Shown: one piece after another, positions 60,411-64,000 of the stretch
Numbering within the stretch: position 1 is the first letter of the stretch
Layout of the letters: each line of letters starts with the position of its first letter
Source of the DNA: the human T2T-CHM13v2.0 reference genome, Homo sapiens
Assembly (NCBI RefSeq): GCF_009914755.1
Contig: NC_060929.1
Length of the DNA: 64,000 nt
Strand: one strand, 5' to 3'
Made by a program: the position numbers and the translations under genes
The notes under the pieces: generated by a model
What the model was told of the DNA's origin: nothing
The model's database searches: none
Seen by the model: only the letters and a program-made list of their open reading frames with translations

Positions 60411-62481
60411 CTCTCAGTTCCTGTTGTCAGACAATCTGAAGTTGTTTTTTTTTTTCTTTGAGACGGAGTCTTGCTTTGTTTCCAGGCTGGAGTGCAGTGG
60501 TGCCATCTGGGCTCACTGCAATCTCCGCCTCCCACGTTCAAGCGATTCTTCTGCCTCAGCCTCCAGAGTACCCGCGATTACAGGCACGTGCCACCACACC
60601 CAGGCAATTTCTGTATTTTTTGTAGAGACAGGGTTTCACCACGTTGGTCAGGTTGGTCCCGATCTCCTGACCTCGTGATCCGCCCACCTCAGCCTCCCAA
60701 AGTGCTGGGATTACAGGCGGGAGACACTGTGCCCAGCCGATGAAGTACTTTTAAGTGTAGCGGGCTCACCAGTTCTCAGCCTGACACGCAGCTATGTGTC
60801 CTTGTCTTGACACTGTGTGAGGAGCTTTGGCTGGGCAAAACATTGCCAAGGTGAAAAATCCAGCGTGTCTCCATCCATGAGGTCATTCCAAATGAAGATT
60901 TGGATTCCATGTCACAGTCCAAGGGCTCAGTGAGCATGCCGTCCAAGTCACTTGGAAGCCTCTCCTGGTGGAGAAGGTCCATTCTGCCATAACCACTGCA
61001 GCTGCTCACCGAGGAGTAGCCCCCCAGGGCACTCATCTGCATGGGGTGGGGCAGAGGCACTTGCAAAGGTGTCTTCACTGGGGTCAGTTGGTTCACACCT
61101 GAGGTGTGGGGCTTGGTGTTTTCCGTGTGAGACAGGGCACGGCCGTAAGCTGCATATGTCTGCTGAGCATGCCCAGGGTGGATATGGGAGCTGGGATGCC
61201 TCATTTTGTATCCAGATGCCTGGCTGCCATAGGTTGACATGGCTGAATTAAGGCCCATCATGGTATTCTGGCCCAGAAACCGACTGTTGGATTGGGCTAC
61301 TCCAGGATCAGCTGGTGTCATAATGTCATTATGGGGAGGAGAGTCAGAAGTCAGCATCTCCTCCAGGAGTCCCGCTACACAGTTACACGGACTCACAGCT
61401 CCGTAACTTGATTTGTGCTCCTGGAGTGTTTGCATCTGGGGCAAAGGGCTCATGTTGGACTGGCCCTACGTCTGTTTTTTGCAGTTTGGCTGGGCGAATT
61501 CAGACTGGTGTTTGGTGGCACAAAGGAGTAGCTGGCGTCTGCTGCATCATGGTGCCAGGTGAGGACTGGGTGGACACAGTTAATGATGTTGGTGAGGAGA
61601 TAAGACTGAGATCACTCAGAAAGCTTTCCACGTTTCAGGATTGCTTGTCTCAGACTGGGTGGAGTAGGGGCATCTTTGCCGCAGATGGCGGGTACCCCAC
61701 AGAATGTGCGTCCCCATCTCCAAGATAGTCTCCTTTGACTATAATGGGTGAAAGTCTCCCAGTAACAGTACTAGCATTTGAGCTAGTTCCAGGGCGAAAT
61801 GCACTCCAGCTATTAAAGTCATCATTGCTGTGAGAGCCAGGGCTTGCAGGCCATCTGGAAAACTGGGGTCCAGGGCTGTCCCCGGCACCCCCCTGGCTAG
61901 ACTGCAGGATGCTTTTTTCGTGGCAGCTTGACTTAGGCTCCGAGCGCATTTGCTGCTGCTGTCCATGGATGCAGCTCTTGTCCTAAGAGATCTCCCACCC
62001 TTGCCGCCCTCTGGATCCAGCGTCCACCGAGCACTTTTTCCAGTTCCTTCATTCTGCGCGCGAGTCAGCTTGCTGTGTAGGGACAGAAGATGACGAAGTG
62101 AATTCCTGCAGCCCGCCGAGCTGTTGCTGTCGCCCTGGGAGCAGGGCACGCTCTTGACCATCCACTCGCAGATCTGCGACAGCGCGAGCCGCTTCTCCGC
62201 CGAGCTCTCGTCGGCCCTGGTGCTGAGGTCGGCGTGGGACAGGCTGCGCGACGCGGTGCGACGGGACGAGCTGCCCCTGCGCTGCTGCCCGGCGGAGGCG
62301 GGGTCCCGGGTGGGTGCTGCGGCGCGGCGTCCCGGCGTCCGCAAAAGTCCTCGCTGTCCTGCAGCAGGCTCGGGTTGCTCATGAAGTCGGCGCTGACGGG
62401 CGGGACTGGAGGTGGCCGCGTGGGACCCGCGACTGGAAATCCGGGTGCACCTCCGCCCCCCGGGGCGCTTCGGCCTTGGGG
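60411..62481 (-). pseudogene. FOXO1B: FOXO1 processed pseudogene (CDS-equivalent 62477->60776 plus a short 3'UTR stub)
   Basis: KAEAP..PDF (ATG->AAG), [79 protein letters not shown] all match FOXO1. No intron in the forkhead domain; frameshifts and deletions. Confidence 0.93.
60445..60738 (-). mobile_element. Alu (S-type) inserted into the FOXO1B 3'UTR stub
   Basis: The FOXO1-like 3'UTR ...AAAAGTACTTCA | ...ACTTCAGATTGTCTGACA..GGAACTGAGAG is split by the Alu, with ACTTCA duplicated. Confidence 0.88.
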
Positions 62482-64000
62482 TCCCGTCCCCTCCCCTCCC
62501 CTCCCCACCCCTCCCCTGCCCTCCCCTCCCCTCCCCACCCCTCCCCTGCCCTCCCCTCCCCCACCCCTCCCACCCCTCCCCTGCCCACCCCTCCCCACCC
62601 CTCCCCACCCCTCCCCTGCCCTCCCCTCCCCTCGCCACCCCTCCCCTGCCCTCCCCTCCCCTCGCCACCCCTCCCCACCCCTCCCCTGCCCTCCCCTCCC
62701 CACCCCTCCCCTGCCCTCCCTTGCCCTCACCTCCCCTCCGCACCCCTCCTCACCCCGCCCCTCCCTACCTCTCCCCACCCCTCCGCTCCCCACCCTTCCC
62801 CACCCCTCCCCTCCCCGCCCCGCCCCACCCCTCCCTTCCCCACCCCGCCCCTCCCCGCCCCCGCCCCACCCCTCCCTTCCCCACCCCGCCCCGCCCCACC
62901 CCTCCCTTCCCCACCCCGCCCCTCCCCACCCCTCCCTTCCCCACCCCGCCCCTCCCCACCCCTCCCTTCCCCACCCCGCCCCTCCCCACCCCTCCCCTCG
63001 CCTGCCCTCCCCTCCCCTCCCCACCCCTCCCCTCCCTTGCCCTCACCTCCCCTCCCCTCCCCACCCCTCTGCTCCCCACCCTTCCCCTCCCCGCCCCACC
63101 CCTCCCCACCCGTCCCCTCCCCTCCCCTCCCCTCCCCTCCAGTCCCTTCCCCCAGCCGCGGGCGAGGCGAGAAGCGGGAGAGCAAAGCACGGGGCGTAGG
63201 GGGAGGGGGAGAAGAGCTGGCGGAGATTCGGGGGAAGGAGGTCGGTTCCGCGGGAGACAGAAAGAAACTGGGAGCCAGGCGGGGGCGGTGGAAGCGCGAG
63301 CCCAGAACTGAGCCCGGCGGGGCCGTGCACGGCGAGGCTGCTCGGGGTCCCTGCGCGGACTGGACGGCGGGCAGGAGCCCCGGGCCGGGGCGGATCCGGG
63401 CAGAGCGGGCGCCAAGCTCCAGGGGACGGGGCTGGGGACCGCAGGACGGACGGACCCCGCGGGCCGCGGCCTCCCCGGAGTCGCGCCCTGTGCGCTGCTG
63501 CCTGTGGAGTGCGGCGCGGCGGCTGCAGGACTAGGCGGCCCCGAGCGGACCGGGTCTGCCCTGGTTTATTTATTTTTATCTTTCTTTAAAGAGTGCAGAA
63601 GGCTTCCCCTCCTCTCACGCCGCCTCCCCAAAGAGGGCCAATGTGGGTGACTTTCTGAGTGGCCCCCAAAGCAAATCCCGAGACCTGCGCTTCGCGAACC
63701 TTCTCTGCCGGGGCGCTGGTGGAGCCGTTTCCCAGCCGGGGCCTCTGGCCCAGCGAATCCTGCTGGAAGGCGGTGGTTCTGCGATGCCCTGTGGATTCGC
63801 CTCGACGCCTTGTTGGCCCGGGGACCCTGGGGATGTTTTATAAGGAAGGAAAAGATGTAGGTGAAGCCCAGAAGGAGGGTAGCGTGGCCGAGCGGTCTAA
63901 GGCGCTGGATTAAGGCTCCAGTCTCTTCGGAGGCGTGGGTTCGAATCCCACCGCTGCCAGCTTGTTGTGATTCCTCCATTTTTGTCCCTTCATGGGTTAC
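62482..64000. repeat. Right arm of inverted repeat (continues past the window): C-rich tract 62482-63140, CpG island, tRNA-Leu
   Basis: Reverse complement of the left arm; mirrored ORFs in the ORF track are identical except for one residue. Confidence 0.96.
63878..63959 (+). tRNA. TRL-AAG: tRNA-Leu (anticodon AAG), right-arm copy
   Basis: Identical 82-nt sequence; T5 terminator at 63979-63983. Confidence 0.98.

Noticed and set aside
60776-61453. 225-aa ATG ORF resembling the FOXO1 transactivation region as a functional retrogene
   Set aside because: Starts at an internal Met, has local frameshifts near the C-terminus and many substitutions; consistent with pseudogene decay.
61900-62260. A-to-I editing of the source mRNA as the cause of the substitution skew
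   Set aside because: T->C and T->G changes on the sense strand are also common, which editing does not explain.

Overview
Human/hominoid genomic DNA matching the BTNL9 locus (5q35.3; location from recall). The + strand carries the complete BTNL9 coding region in 10 coding exons (3872-23097). I spliced these by hand to 1608 nt / 535 aa: signal peptide, IgV, IgC, TM, short heptad exons and B30.2/PRY-SPRY. MIR8089 lies upstream on the - strand, and a ~5.4 kb 29/30-bp C-rich minisatellite fills most of the intron after the signal-peptide exon. Downstream is ~34 kb of mostly Alu/L1/LTR DNA containing an RPL13 processed pseudogene, a 33-bp VNTR (~42 copies), a split ERV1 LTR pair and a twin-primed L1PA inside an Alu. 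The window ends with tRNA-Val(CAC) and a near-perfect inverted repeat. Each arm carries tRNA-Leu(AAG), a CpG island and a (GGGGA)n-like tract, and the loop is a FOXO1 processed pseudogene (FOXO1B). Most notable: (i) the tRNA/G-tract palindrome around FOXO1B, whose forkhead region shows strongly AT->GC-skewed substitutions; (ii) the intronic minisatellite, whose unit contains the PRDM9 13-mer; (iii) the 33-bp VNTR, made of hairpin units apparently copied from an L1 segment 6.4 kb upstream and open as a 487-codon ORF. Repeat subfamily names and parent-gene comparisons come from memory, not database searches.
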